From Betaproteobacteria bacterium (lineage in GTDB: Bacteria; Pseudomonadota; Gammaproteobacteria; Burkholderiales; Eutrophovitaceae), in the NCBI GenBank assembly GCA_020354125.1, contig CP070643.1:1389991-1453990 (forward strand): a stretch of 64,000 nucleotides of DNA. Reading direction: 5' to 3'. Below are positions 41,570 to 52,903 of this stretch, piece by piece. Position 1 is the stretch's first letter. Every line of letters starts with the position of its first letter. Under the pieces are notes generated by a model. The model made no database searches, was not told the DNA's origin, and saw only the letters and a program-made list of their open reading frames with translations. A program made the position numbers and the translations under genes.

Positions 41570-41771
41570 AAACACAATGTGGATAACCCGTGCATGACTT
41601 GTGAATATCCAGCACCATCGGTGAAGCAGTTGTTTTCATCCACAATTTGTCCACCGTTTCTACACGAGTAACTTTGGCCGTTATACAAGAAAATTTAATA
41701 ATATATTCAATGACTTAATATAGCTTTTCATGACTCTCGGCCAACCTTACTATTCTTATTATTTATAGAAT
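41570..41771. other. candidate oriC / DnaA-box cluster plus AT-rich unwinding region
   Basis: DnaA boxes are TGTGGATAA 41578-41586 (perfect), tcatccaca 41636-41644 (1 mismatch), ttgtccacc 41647-41655 (2 mismatches) and tgtgaatat 41600-41608 (2 mismatches). A conspicuously AT-rich stretch follows at 41683-41771. Confidence 0.45.
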
Positions 41772-42878
41772 ATGAAACTACTAAATATTGAGCGGGACAC
41801 GCTGCTCAAGCCACTGCAAGCAGTCTCCGGCATTGTCGAACGGCGCCATACACTGCCCATTTTGTCGAATGTACTACTTGAAATTGCAGATAGTGAACTC
41901 AATCTATTAGCAACAGACTTGGAAATCCAGGTAGCGACCAAAGCCAGTCTCGACAAGTCAGCGAACGCGCAGGCGATAACGGTATCTGCCCGCAAGTTAC
42001 AGGATATTCTCCGCTCCCTGCCCGACGCGGCAACCGTGTCGCTTGAAACGCAGGAAAGCAAGCTGGTCCTGCGAGCTGGAAAAAGCCGATTTAATCTACA
42101 AATGCTGCCGGCAGAAGACTTTCCGCGACTGGCGCAAGGAACCGGGGAAGTGGCGACTGTCAGCGTCGCGCAGAAGAATCTGAAGCGCATGCTGCAACTG
42201 GTGCAGTACGCAATGGCCCAGCAGGATATTCGCTACTACCTGAATGGACTGTTACTGTTGGTAGATGCCAACAAGTTGACGCTGGTTGCGACTGACGGTC
42301 ATCGGCTCGCCTGTATTTCAGCAACGCTCGACGAAAAACAACCGCGTGCCGAAGCAATTTTGCCGAGAAAAGCAGTCCTTGAACTGGTGAAGCTTCTTGG
42401 CGACACGGATGACGTCGTCGAACTGCAGATACAGCAAAACCAGGTCAGAAGTCATTTCGGCAGCGTTGACCTGTTATCGAAGGTAGTTGACGGGAAGTTC
42501 CCTGATTTCACTCGCGTCATTCCGTCGAATCCGCCAAGCCGATTCGTCATTACGCGCACCGAGCTGCAGCAGGCTTTGCAGCGGGCATCGATTCTGTCCA
42601 ATGAGAAATTCAGAGGGGTGCGTTGGGTGCTAACCAAAGACATGCTGCGCATCGTCTGTACCAATGCCGAGCAGGAAGAAGCGGAGGAGGAACTGGAGAT
42701 CGACTACTCCGGCGAGCCTCTGGATATCGGATTCAACGTCACTTATCTGCTCGACGTATTGAACAATCTCTCTTCTGATCAAGTTGAGTGTGCGCTCGGC
42801 GATGCCAACAGCAGCATGCTAATAACCGTGCCTGGGGACGAAAACTTCAAGTACGTCGTCATGCCCATGCGAATCTGA
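41772..42878 (+). CDS. dnaN: DNA polymerase III beta sliding clamp
   Basis: 368 aa, with a typical N-terminus (MKLLNIERDTLLKPLQAVSGIVERRHTLPILSNVLL) and C-terminus (VVMPMRI). Confidence 0.97.
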   Translation: MKLLNIERDTLLKPLQAVSGIVERRHTLPILSNVLLEIADSELNLLATDLEIQVATKASLDKSANAQAITVSARKLQDILRSLPDAATVSLETQESKLVLRAGKSRFNLQMLPAEDFPRLAQGTGEVATVSVAQKNLKRMLQLVQYAMAQQDIRYYLNGLLLLVDANKLTLVATDGHRLACISATLDEKQPRAEAILPRKAVLELVKLLGDTDDVVELQIQQNQVRSHFGSVDLLSKVVDGKFPDFTRVIPSNPPSRFVITRTELQQALQRASILSNEKFRGVRWVLTKDMLRIVCTNAEQEEAEEELEIDYSGEPLDIGFNVTYLLDVLNNLSSDQVECALGDANSSMLITVPGDENFKYVVMPMRI

Positions 42879-42900
42879 GCACTTGCGAAAAGCTAACTGA

Positions 42901-45300
<2,400 letters not shown>

Positions 45301-45827
45301 CAGGCTGTTGAAAAACTACTGCGCGACCTTGATCCGGGCTTGTGGCCGGTTCTGATCGATACCGGTTCTGATCAGTACGGTGCTCGCCCACCTACGGTGG
45401 CCCGGCCCGGCGATCACAGTCGCCGGGCGCTGCGACTGGTTTTAATCGAACCGGTGCGCGGCGATGCCGTTTGGCCGCTCCAAACAAAGAGCGAGCAACA
45501 ACGCTGGAAGCGAAAACAGCGCCCCGGACTCGGAGTGGAGCGGGCAGGGGCGCACAGGCTGCGAACACGACTTTGAACCGGGGCTTATGCGGCTGCTCCC
45601 GCACCAGCGCTTCGCGTACCGAGTCGCAGCCGCCATCCCGAAGGGTTACGCGCGGAAGATGTACGGCTTGCGTTTTCTTGCCTGGCCGTCTTCATTTTCT
45701 GGGCGTAACGCATTGTGTGGTCAACTATGAGATAGGTTCTGGGTACACTCCGGTTCCTGCGCACTGCTTCTATCAAACCGAGTACGCACCCGGCTGAAGG
45801 CCACTCGCGACGTTTTTCAACAGCCTG
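45301..45827 (+). mobile_element. MITE-like repeat, copy B (527 bp, composite or expanded)
   Basis: Perfect 16-bp terminal inverted repeats, caggctgttgaaaaac ... gtttttcaacagcctg. It shares both arms with copies A and C. It carries an extra internal segment of about 307 bp (45437-45743) and 2 extra 16-bp units (45346-45377). Flanks are CTAA / TTAA. Confidence 0.8.
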
Positions 45828-45837
45828 TTAAACTCGG

Positions 45838-48471
45838 TCAAGCTGCTTTGCGACGGCCGGTCTTTTTCCTGGCGGGTGCGCGGGTCGTCGTGCTTCTTCC
45901 CGACGCTGTCTTGCGCGGCTTGCCTGTCGATCGCGTCGTCGCTTTCTTGCCTTTACTCGTCTTCGCCGCGATCAGTTCGATTGCCTCGTCGAGCGTGATC
46001 TTCTCGGGATCGATCGACTCGGGGATGGTCACGTTGGTGGCACCATACTTCAGATAAGGACCGTAGCGACCGGAGTGAATCGTGATTGCCCGTTCGTCAT
46101 CGGGGTGTACGCCAAGCTTGCGACCACCACCCGGGCGGCTGCGTGCCTGCGCCAACAGTTCGACTGCGCGGTCGAGCTTGATGTCATAGACGCTGTCGGT
46201 TTTAGGTATCGATTTGAATCCACCATCATGCTTGATGTACGGCCCGAAGCGGCCGATATTCACCTCGACCGGTTTGCCCGTTTCCGGGTGATCGCCCAAT
46301 TGGCGTGGCAACGACAGTGATTTGAGGGCGATCTGCAACGCTTCAGGTGTTGCTTCCGAAGGCAACGGAACGCCTTTAGGCCAGGCAGCCCGCTTCGGTT
46401 TCTCTTTGGATCCCTGCTCCGGTGTTTCGCCGATTTGAACGTACGGCCCATACGGTCCCGTAAGCAAGTAGATCGTTTTTCCGGTCTTCTTGTATGTTCC
46501 CAGTGCAAGCGGCTCTTTGCGGATCGGTCCGGAACCGAAAGGCTCGGTGTAATCACAGTCGGGATACGCGCTGCATCCGACAAACAGCCCGCGGCTGCTG
46601 TTTTGCAGCAGGACAACGTTCTTGCATTTTGGACACAGTTCCGGCTGCTGTTTTTCTTGCCATTTCGGATCGTAAAAACGCCGCGAGTAAGCTTCCCAGC
46701 TACGCACCCGCGGTTTTGCCTCTGGCAGTGGAATACCTCTGCTGATGGTTTCCTTGTGACTGAGATCCTTTGCGAAGGTGGTCCAGAACTCCTCCATGAC
46801 TGAAACCCAATCGAGCACGCCATTGGAAATCTCGTCCAATTCAGCTTCCAGATTGGCGGTGAATCCGTAATCGAGATAGTGGTTGAAGTGCGAGGTGAGG
46901 AATCCATTGACCAACCTTCCTACATCGGTTGGCGAGAAACGCTTCTTTTCCAGGACCGCGTAGCCACGATCCTGTAAGGTCGAAATAATGTTCGCATAGG
47001 TTGACGGTCGGCCGATGCCGAACTCTTCGAGCGTTTTTACCAAGCTGGCTTCCGTGTACCGTGGCGGTGGCTGGGTGAAATGTTGCTCGCCATATAGTTT
47101 CTTTACCGGTAGCTTGTCATTGACTTCCAATTCAGGCAGTTTGGCTTCCTCTTCCTGCTCTGTATCGTCGGCTCCTTCCGTATAGACCGCGATAAATCCG
47201 GGAAACACGAGTATTTGTCCAGTGGCCCTGAACACCGTGGCCTTGTTCCCGGCCTCAAGGTCGACGCTGGTTGTGTCAAAGCGGGCTGGCGCCATCTGGC
47301 ATGCCAGTGTTCGCTTCCAGATCATTTCATAAAGCGCCGCCTGGTCCGGACGCAGATACTTCTTGACCGAGGCTGGCGTGCGAGCAATTGACGTTGGACG
47401 AATTGCCTCATGCGCCTCCTGCGCGTTCTTCGAACGATTTCTGTATTTGACGGCCGACTTCGGCAAATACTCGGCATCGAAATTGTTTCCGATGTATTCG
47501 CGAATCTCCTGTACCGCATCCTTTGCAAGCGCCACCGAATCGGTCCGCATATAGGTGATCAGGCCGACCGTTGAGCCGCCGATGTCAACTCCTTCGTAGA
47601 GTTGCTGAGCCGTGCTCATGGTGGTTCTGGAAGTCATTCCCAGTTTACGCACTGCTTCCTGCTGCAGCGTCGAGGTGATGAACGGTGCCGCCGGCTGGCG
47701 TGTACGCGGTTTGCGTTCAACACGGGTAACCTTGACCGCGCCCTTGGCGGTCTTCTCGATCTGTGCGACTGCCTTTTTCTGTGCCGATTCACTGTCGAAC
47801 GTGAACTGTTCGACTTTCTTGCCCTTGTACGTAACCAGGCGTGCGCTGAACGCTTGTCGTCCCTTTTGCGATCCGAGATGAATCGTCCAGTATTCGCGGC
47901 TGATGAAGTTTTCGATTTCCTGCTCACGCTCTACGATGAGTCGCAGCGCGGGACTTTGTACACGACCGGCGGAAAGACTGCGGCCGATTTTCTTCCACAG
48001 GATTGGCGACAGATTAAAACCGACCAGGTGATCGAGTGCGCGGCGTGCTTGTTGCGCATTGACCAGCGGCATCGAGATCTTGCGTGGATGCTGAACAGCT
48101 TCCTTTACCGCGGACTCAGTGATCTCATAGAAGACCACCCGATGCAGTTTGCGATTCTTGAGCAGCTTCCTGTCTTTGAGAATCTCCGAAATGTGCCACG
48201 CAATCGCCTCGCCTTCCCGGTCCGGGTCAGTCGCGAGATAGATATCCTTGGCTTTGGCAACCGCCTTGGCGATGCTGTCCACATGCTTCTTGTTGCGCTC
48301 GACCAGCGCGTAGCGCATGCGGAAATCGCTCGCCGGGTCGACGGCTCCTTCTTTTGCCTCCAAGTCACGCACGTGACCATACGAGGCGAGAATATCGAAG
48401 CCGCGGCCAAGATACTTCTTAAGCGTCTTCGCTTTTGACGGCGACTCAACAATCAGCAGATTTTGCGACAT
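45838..48471 (-). CDS. topA: DNA topoisomerase I
   Basis: 877 aa, with Toprim (LLIVESPSKAKT), a catalytic-domain Tyr region, C-terminal zinc-ribbon repeats and a lysine-rich tail. Confidence 0.97.
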   Translation of the reverse strand: MSQNLLIVESPSKAKTLKKYLGRGFDILASYGHVRDLEAKEGAVDPASDFRMRYALVERNKKHVDSIAKAVAKAKDIYLATDPDREGEAIAWHISEILKDRKLLKNRKLHRVVFYEITESAVKEAVQHPRKISMPLVNAQQARRALDHLVGFNLSPILWKKIGRSLSAGRVQSPALRLIVEREQEIENFISREYWTIHLGSQKGRQAFSARLVTYKGKKVEQFTFDSESAQKKAVAQIEKTAKGAVKVTRVERKPRTRQPAAPFITSTLQQEAVRKLGMTSRTTMSTAQQLYEGVDIGGSTVGLITYMRTDSVALAKDAVQEIREYIGNNFDAEYLPKSAVKYRNRSKNAQEAHEAIRPTSIARTPASVKKYLRPDQAALYEMIWKRTLACQMAPARFDTTSVDLEAGNKATVFRATGQILVFPGFIAVYTEGADDTEQEEEAKLPELEVNDKLPVKKLYGEQHFTQPPPRYTEASLVKTLEEFGIGRPSTYANIISTLQDRGYAVLEKKRFSPTDVGRLVNGFLTSHFNHYLDYGFTANLEAELDEISNGVLDWVSVMEEFWTTFAKDLSHKETISRGIPLPEAKPRVRSWEAYSRRFYDPKWQEKQQPELCPKCKNVVLLQNSSRGLFVGCSAYPDCDYTEPFGSGPIRKEPLALGTYKKTGKTIYLLTGPYGPYVQIGETPEQGSKEKPKRAAWPKGVPLPSEATPEALQIALKSLSLPRQLGDHPETGKPVEVNIGRFGPYIKHDGGFKSIPKTDSVYDIKLDRAVELLAQARSRPGGGRKLGVHPDDERAITIHSGRYGPYLKYGATNVTIPESIDPEKITLDEAIELIAAKTSKGKKATTRSTGKPRKTASGRSTTTRAPARKKTGRRKAA

Positions 48472-48557
48472 TCACGCAGCGATCAGGAAGAAAGGGCGAG
48501 ATGATAAGAAGATGCTGACCCGGGAGCAAGCAATTGGTGGACCCAACGCGAATTTTG

Positions 48558-49013
48558 TTACTGCGGACTACTGAAGTCGCGACTCGCGAGCAACTCCAGC
48601 ACCAGACTGTCAACGGCCTGTTGCTGGTTCCACAGAACCATCAGCACGATTAGTTTTATCTTTTCCAGATCAACTCCGGGTTCAGCCAGTGCCAGTACAC
48701 GCTCAATGATGAGTTCTCTTTGTTGCGCTGAGATGATATCCGAGTCTTCGAGAAACAGGATGAAGCCGCGCGCTTCCGCCGTCAGGTTGGCCAACTCTTC
48801 ATCAGCATAGATACGGAATCCACGGCTATGAACGAAAGCTGCATCGCGGGCTAGTCCGCTCGATTGATCAAATCCACTCAGCCAACTAAGTGCTTCAGAG
48901 ATATCGTCATCCTCAAAGCCGGCTGCCGACAAGCGTTTCGAAATTGTTTCGGCATCGGGAAGTTGACCATTATGAAAATAGCTTTCGACGAGGTAGACCA
49001 GTATGTCGAACAT
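48558..49013 (-). CDS. smg: Smg protein (DUF494)
   Basis: 151 aa. MFDILVYLVESYF... is a typical Smg N-terminus, and the gene sits in the conserved dprA-smg-topA arrangement. Confidence 0.85.
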   Translation of the reverse strand: MFDILVYLVESYFHNGQLPDAETISKRLSAAGFEDDDISEALSWLSGFDQSSGLARDAAFVHSRGFRIYADEELANLTAEARGFILFLEDSDIISAQQRELIIERVLALAEPGVDLEKIKLIVLMVLWNQQQAVDSLVLELLASRDFSSPQ

Positions 49014-49026
49014 GTGCCCCCTGGGC

Positions 49027-49136
49027 TAATTGATATCGGTGCTAATGATAATCGGTGCTAATGATAATCGGTGCTATTGATAAGCGGCGCTGTTAATAAT
49101 TGGTGCTTCTGATACCGGTTCTATTGATGCGGGTTC
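49027..49136. repeat. 7-unit tandem repeat, period 16 then 15 bp (taatgataatcggtgc)
   Basis: Units start at 49027, 49043, 49059 (the 49043 and 49059 units are identical), 49075, 49091, 49107 and 49122. The array fills the dprA-smg intergenic space. Confidence 0.85.
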
Positions 49137-49150
49137 TAGAAATACCAATC

Positions 49151-50236
49151 CTAAGGCTGGCGTACTTGCTGAAACCGTCCGCCGGCAATCCGTACGACCG
49201 TCCCTTCGAGCTCCAGTTCCAGCAGCATCGCCGAAGCGTTCTCGGCAGTCAAGCCGCTGCGTGCGCAAATCGTGTCAAGATCGACCGGGTCAAAACCGAT
49301 GACACGTAACAGTTCCGGATGTTTGCTTTGTGGCGATTGCGTGGCCGCCGCGCCTAGCTTGCCTGCAGTGCGACCGAATTCTTCGATAATGTCCGCAGCA
49401 ACTTCAACCAGCTTTGCGCCTTGTTTGATGAGCGCGTGACAGCCTCTCGAAACCGGTGAATGTACGGAGCCCGGTATGGCAAAAACTTCGCGCCCCTGCT
49501 CAACTGCGTAGCGTGCAGTAATGAGTGATCCGCTCTCGATGGCGGCTTCGACAACCAATACGCCGAGCGACAAACCGCTGATCAATCGATTGCGTCGCGG
49601 AAAGTTTCCCGCTACCGGGCGGGTGCCGAGCGCAAACTCGGATACAAGCAATCCTTGCTGCGCAAGCTCGTGTGCAAGACTGCGGTTGCGAGCCGGGTAA
49701 ACAGTGTCCAGGCCTGTGGCAACAACGGCGACGGATGAGCCCGTTTCCTGCAAGCCGCCGCGATGAGCAGCGGCATCGATGCCGAGAGCGAGACCGCTGA
49801 CGATTGCAAAACCGTCGCTTGACAATTCCCGCGCGAACGCTTCGGCATTGGCCACGCCTTGTGGCGTTGCATTACGACTGCCAACAATGGCGATTGCCTC
49901 GTGATGTAGCAACGCCGTCTGCCCCTTGAGGTAGAGCAGCGGCGGCGGGTCGGAAATTTCGAGAAGTGCGCCGGGATAGTCGTTGTCGGCCAGCGTCATC
50001 AGCCGGTTATTGTCTTCATCCGCCCAGTCCAGAGAAGCGGCGAGCAAGTCAGCGTCCGGGCCTGCAGCAATGGCTGCTGCGAGACTTGCCCCGACTGCAT
50101 TGGTGAGTGCCGTAGTAGACGCGTCCAGCACAGCCTCCGGACTACCGAAGCTGCTTAACAGTTTTCTGAAAGCGACGGGCCCCAGTCGCGGAATGAGCCC
50201 GAGCCGGAGCCAGGCCTCGAGTTCCGCGTCGGGCAT
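49151..50236 (-). CDS. dprA: DNA-processing protein DprA (Smf)
   Basis: 361 aa, with the Rossmann-like core IAIVGSRNATPQG...SGLALGIDAAAHRG and a C-terminal winged helix. Confidence 0.9.
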   Translation of the reverse strand: MPDAELEAWLRLGLIPRLGPVAFRKLLSSFGSPEAVLDASTTALTNAVGASLAAAIAAGPDADLLAASLDWADEDNNRLMTLADNDYPGALLEISDPPPLLYLKGQTALLHHEAIAIVGSRNATPQGVANAEAFARELSSDGFAIVSGLALGIDAAAHRGGLQETGSSVAVVATGLDTVYPARNRSLAHELAQQGLLVSEFALGTRPVAGNFPRRNRLISGLSLGVLVVEAAIESGSLITARYAVEQGREVFAIPGSVHSPVSRGCHALIKQGAKLVEVAADIIEEFGRTAGKLGAAATQSPQSKHPELLRVIGFDPVDLDTICARSGLTAENASAMLLELELEGTVVRIAGGRFQQVRQP

Positions 50237-51316
50237 TCAGGACGGCGTCAGAACCGCATCGTTGACCTTGACGGAGCGCCTGGTGTTCATTACCAGCGCG
50301 TATGAGAGGCGTTCGTAGACCTTGAAAACGAAGACAATACCGTAACGTTCGTCTGGCAGCGTCACTCTCTCCCGTTCATCGAGCGAACCGGCTGGCCGGA
50401 CCCTTTCTCCGGCGCGCGACAACTCGAGTACGTTGCCGGTCTCGACACCGTCACGGCTACCGCGGTTCAAAATGACCACGGTGAGCGGCCCGATCTCGGA
50501 AACACCTTCACTGGCAGATGCAATCACTTTGCCGTTGATGTTGCGACTGGGTGCCCGGGGCATTAGCGGCACGCTGTCACCGCGGGTCGCTGTCAGCAAA
50601 CGGTCGCCGGGATTGATTTCGCGTATTGCACGGCTGATTTTCAGCGTGCTGATATCGGCGCGCTCGCTGAGCCGCGTGTCACCGAGATAGATCGCTTCGT
50701 AACCGAGCACTTCATTGGTATCGGGGTCGGTAAAAGTGCGGCCAGGCCGTACCGCATAGTAGCGTTTGCCGCCGGTCTTCTCGAGGCCGCGCGCGTAGGC
50801 TATGTCCCCCGCGCCCAATATGAAGCGGCCCTCTTTGCCGGCGACAATGGTCGGCGCGACTTCGAGGTCGTTCTCATCAACTACGAGCGTGCTGTCCATG
50901 AACGATTTCAACAAATCCGGCGAGATCGTCGGAACCGGCGTGCTGTCCAGTGGATAAGTGCGAATTTGCGGGCTCAGACGCTCACTCAGCAATGTCCACC
51001 CCGTGTCGCTCTCGAAACGCAGTCGCGGGGTAGCTCCGCTGAAGTCGAGAATGAGCACGTCACCTGGATAAATCCAGTGCGGGTTCTTGATTTCATCCCG
51101 GTTCAGACCCCATATATCAGGCCAACGCCATGGGTCGCGAAGGAAGCGCGCCGAGATGTCCCATAGGGTGTCGCCTTTGACGACTACATAGCGGGACGGC
51201 GGATTCTCAACCAGGGCGAGCGGTTCCGTCGACTGTGTATTCTGAGCCGCAACCAGGCCAGGGGCCAGCAAGACCGCGATTGCGGATAACACCATATATA
51301 TAATTGTCTTGCCCAT
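50237..51316 (-). CDS. LysM peptidoglycan-binding domain protein
   Basis: Signal peptide MGKTIIYMVLSAIAVLLAPGLVAAQ, then a LysM motif YVVVKGDTLWDISARFL. I prefer the ATG at 51316 (aagga 8 nt upstream) over the ORF-track start at 51394. Confidence 0.8.
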   Translation of the reverse strand: MGKTIIYMVLSAIAVLLAPGLVAAQNTQSTEPLALVENPPSRYVVVKGDTLWDISARFLRDPWRWPDIWGLNRDEIKNPHWIYPGDVLILDFSGATPRLRFESDTGWTLLSERLSPQIRTYPLDSTPVPTISPDLLKSFMDSTLVVDENDLEVAPTIVAGKEGRFILGAGDIAYARGLEKTGGKRYYAVRPGRTFTDPDTNEVLGYEAIYLGDTRLSERADISTLKISRAIREINPGDRLLTATRGDSVPLMPRAPSRNINGKVIASASEGVSEIGPLTVVILNRGSRDGVETGNVLELSRAGERVRPAGSLDERERVTLPDERYGIVFVFKVYERLSYALVMNTRRSVKVNDAVLTPS

Positions 51317-51439
51317 TTGACGCATCCTTGTTCGCTGGGTGTTCAGCCGACGGTCGCGCATAGATGACCGTAACGACCCCACCATATCACACATTTTGCT
51401 TTAAATTCTGCATCTAATTCGTTAAATTAGCAAGCATTT

Positions 51440-51943
51440 ATGGCATTGCTCCCGATACTTAAATACCCTGATTCGCGCTTGCACACGGTCGCCGTACCGG
51501 TCCGGGAGGTCGATGAGGCGATACAATCACTGGTCGATGATATGGCCGAGACAATGTACGCCGCACCCGGTATCGGCCTCGCAGCGACCCAGGTCGATGT
51601 CCACAAGCAGGTGATTGTGCTCGATATTTCCGAGTCGAAAGACGAGTTGCTGGTGTTGATCAATCCTGAAATCGTCACGTCCTCCGGCCAAATCGAATGC
51701 GAAGAGGGTTGCCTGAGCGTACCGGGCATCTTCGAGAAAGTGACCCGGGCCGAGGAAATACGCGTCAGGGCGCTTGATCGGGACGGAAACACTTTCGAGT
51801 TCGACGCCAGCGGCTTGCTTTCGGTCTGTGTACAGCATGAAATGGACCACCTTAAGGGCAAGGTATTCGTTGAGTATCTGTCACCTTTGAAACAGGAGCG
51901 GATCGTCAAGAAGCTGCGCAAGGCAGAGCGGCTGGCGATCTGA
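51440..51943 (+). CDS. def: peptide deformylase
   Basis: Motifs [17 protein letters not shown] and QHEMDHL. Confidence 0.97.
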   Translation: MALLPILKYPDSRLHTVAVPVREVDEAIQSLVDDMAETMYAAPGIGLAATQVDVHKQVIVLDISESKDELLVLINPEIVTSSGQIECEEGCLSVPGIFEKVTRAEEIRVRALDRDGNTFEFDASGLLSVCVQHEMDHLKGKVFVEYLSPLKQERIVKKLRKAERLAI

Positions 51944-51964
51944 CCTCCCGGCCGCTTTGAATCG

Positions 51965-52894
51965 ATGCGCTTGGTCTTTGCCGGAACGCCGTCATTTGCT
52001 GCCACGGCGCTCGATGCGCTGATCGAAAGCGAACACCAGGTAGCTTTGGTATTGACGCGGCCTGATGCCGCAGCTGGTCGCGGCCTGAAAACGGTGCCAA
52101 GCGAAGTGAAACGGCGCGCCGTGGCCCACGAGCTACCAGTGTTCCAGCCGGTCACGTTGCGCGATCCGGCCGTCGTCGAGCACGTTCGCGGCTTTGGTGC
52201 CGACGCCATGGTGGTTGCCGCATACGGACTGATTCTTCCGCCCAGCGTGATCAAGGCGTTCCCGCACGGCTGCATCAATATTCATGCCTCATTGCTGCCG
52301 CGCTGGCGCGGAGCGGCACCGATACAACATGCGTTGCTTGCTGGTGACAGTGAAACCGGCATCAGCATCATGCGCATGGACGAGGGGCTTGATACCGGGC
52401 CGGTGTACCTGGCGGAAAGCATCCCGATTGCAGCGAATGACACTGCGGCTACGCTGCACGACAAGTTGGCTGAACTGGGCGCGAGCAAGATTGTGCAGGC
52501 GCTGGCCGGTATCGCGTCTGGCGAGTTGCAGCCACAACCGCAATCCGCTGATGGCGTGACCTATGCGCACAAGATAACCAAGGCGCAAGCCCGGATTCAG
52601 TGGACGCAGCCGGCGGCGAAGATTGAAAGGGCGATCCGCGCTTTCGATCCCTTTCCAGGCGCGTTCTCTCATTTCGATCAGCAGTTGGTTAAAGTTTGGG
52701 GAGCGCAACTGGTTACAGATTCATCAGGTCAGCCGGGTGAGGTTCGTACCGCAACGGAGGCTGGAATCGTTGTCGCATGTGGCAACGATGCCCTGTGCCT
52801 CACCGAGCTGCAAAGGCAGGGCGGAAAGCGTTTGCCTGCATCGGAATTCCTGCGCGGATTTCCGATCGAAGCAGGCCAACGCTTTACCGACTGA
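51965..52894 (+). CDS. fmt: methionyl-tRNA formyltransferase
   Basis: 309 aa, with MRLVFAGTPSFA...INIHASLLPRWRGAAPIQ. Confidence 0.95.
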   Translation: MRLVFAGTPSFAATALDALIESEHQVALVLTRPDAAAGRGLKTVPSEVKRRAVAHELPVFQPVTLRDPAVVEHVRGFGADAMVVAAYGLILPPSVIKAFPHGCINIHASLLPRWRGAAPIQHALLAGDSETGISIMRMDEGLDTGPVYLAESIPIAANDTAATLHDKLAELGASKIVQALAGIASGELQPQPQSADGVTYAHKITKAQARIQWTQPAAKIERAIRAFDPFPGAFSHFDQQLVKVWGAQLVTDSSGQPGEVRTATEAGIVVACGNDALCLTELQRQGGKRLPASEFLRGFPIEAGQRFTD

Positions 52895-52903
52895 GACGGT
52901 CGC

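Noticed and set aside
45340-45800. Small ORFs inside MITE copy B (for example 45471..45797 +, 45464..45730 +, 45392..45604 -).
   Set aside because: They have no start context, no domains and Arg/Ala-rich composition, and they lie in repeat-derived sequence between convergent gyrB and topA.
49027-49074. Fur-box interpretation of the aatgataat cores in the 49027 array.
   Set aside because: The resemblance is limited to one hexamer-like core. The related arrays at 18643 and 45346 lack it, and the neighbouring genes (dprA, smg) have no link to iron.
49027-49136. Whether the short-period repeat arrays could be CRISPR arrays.
   Set aside because: The units are contiguous at 15-16 bp with no unique spacers, and no cas genes are present in the window.
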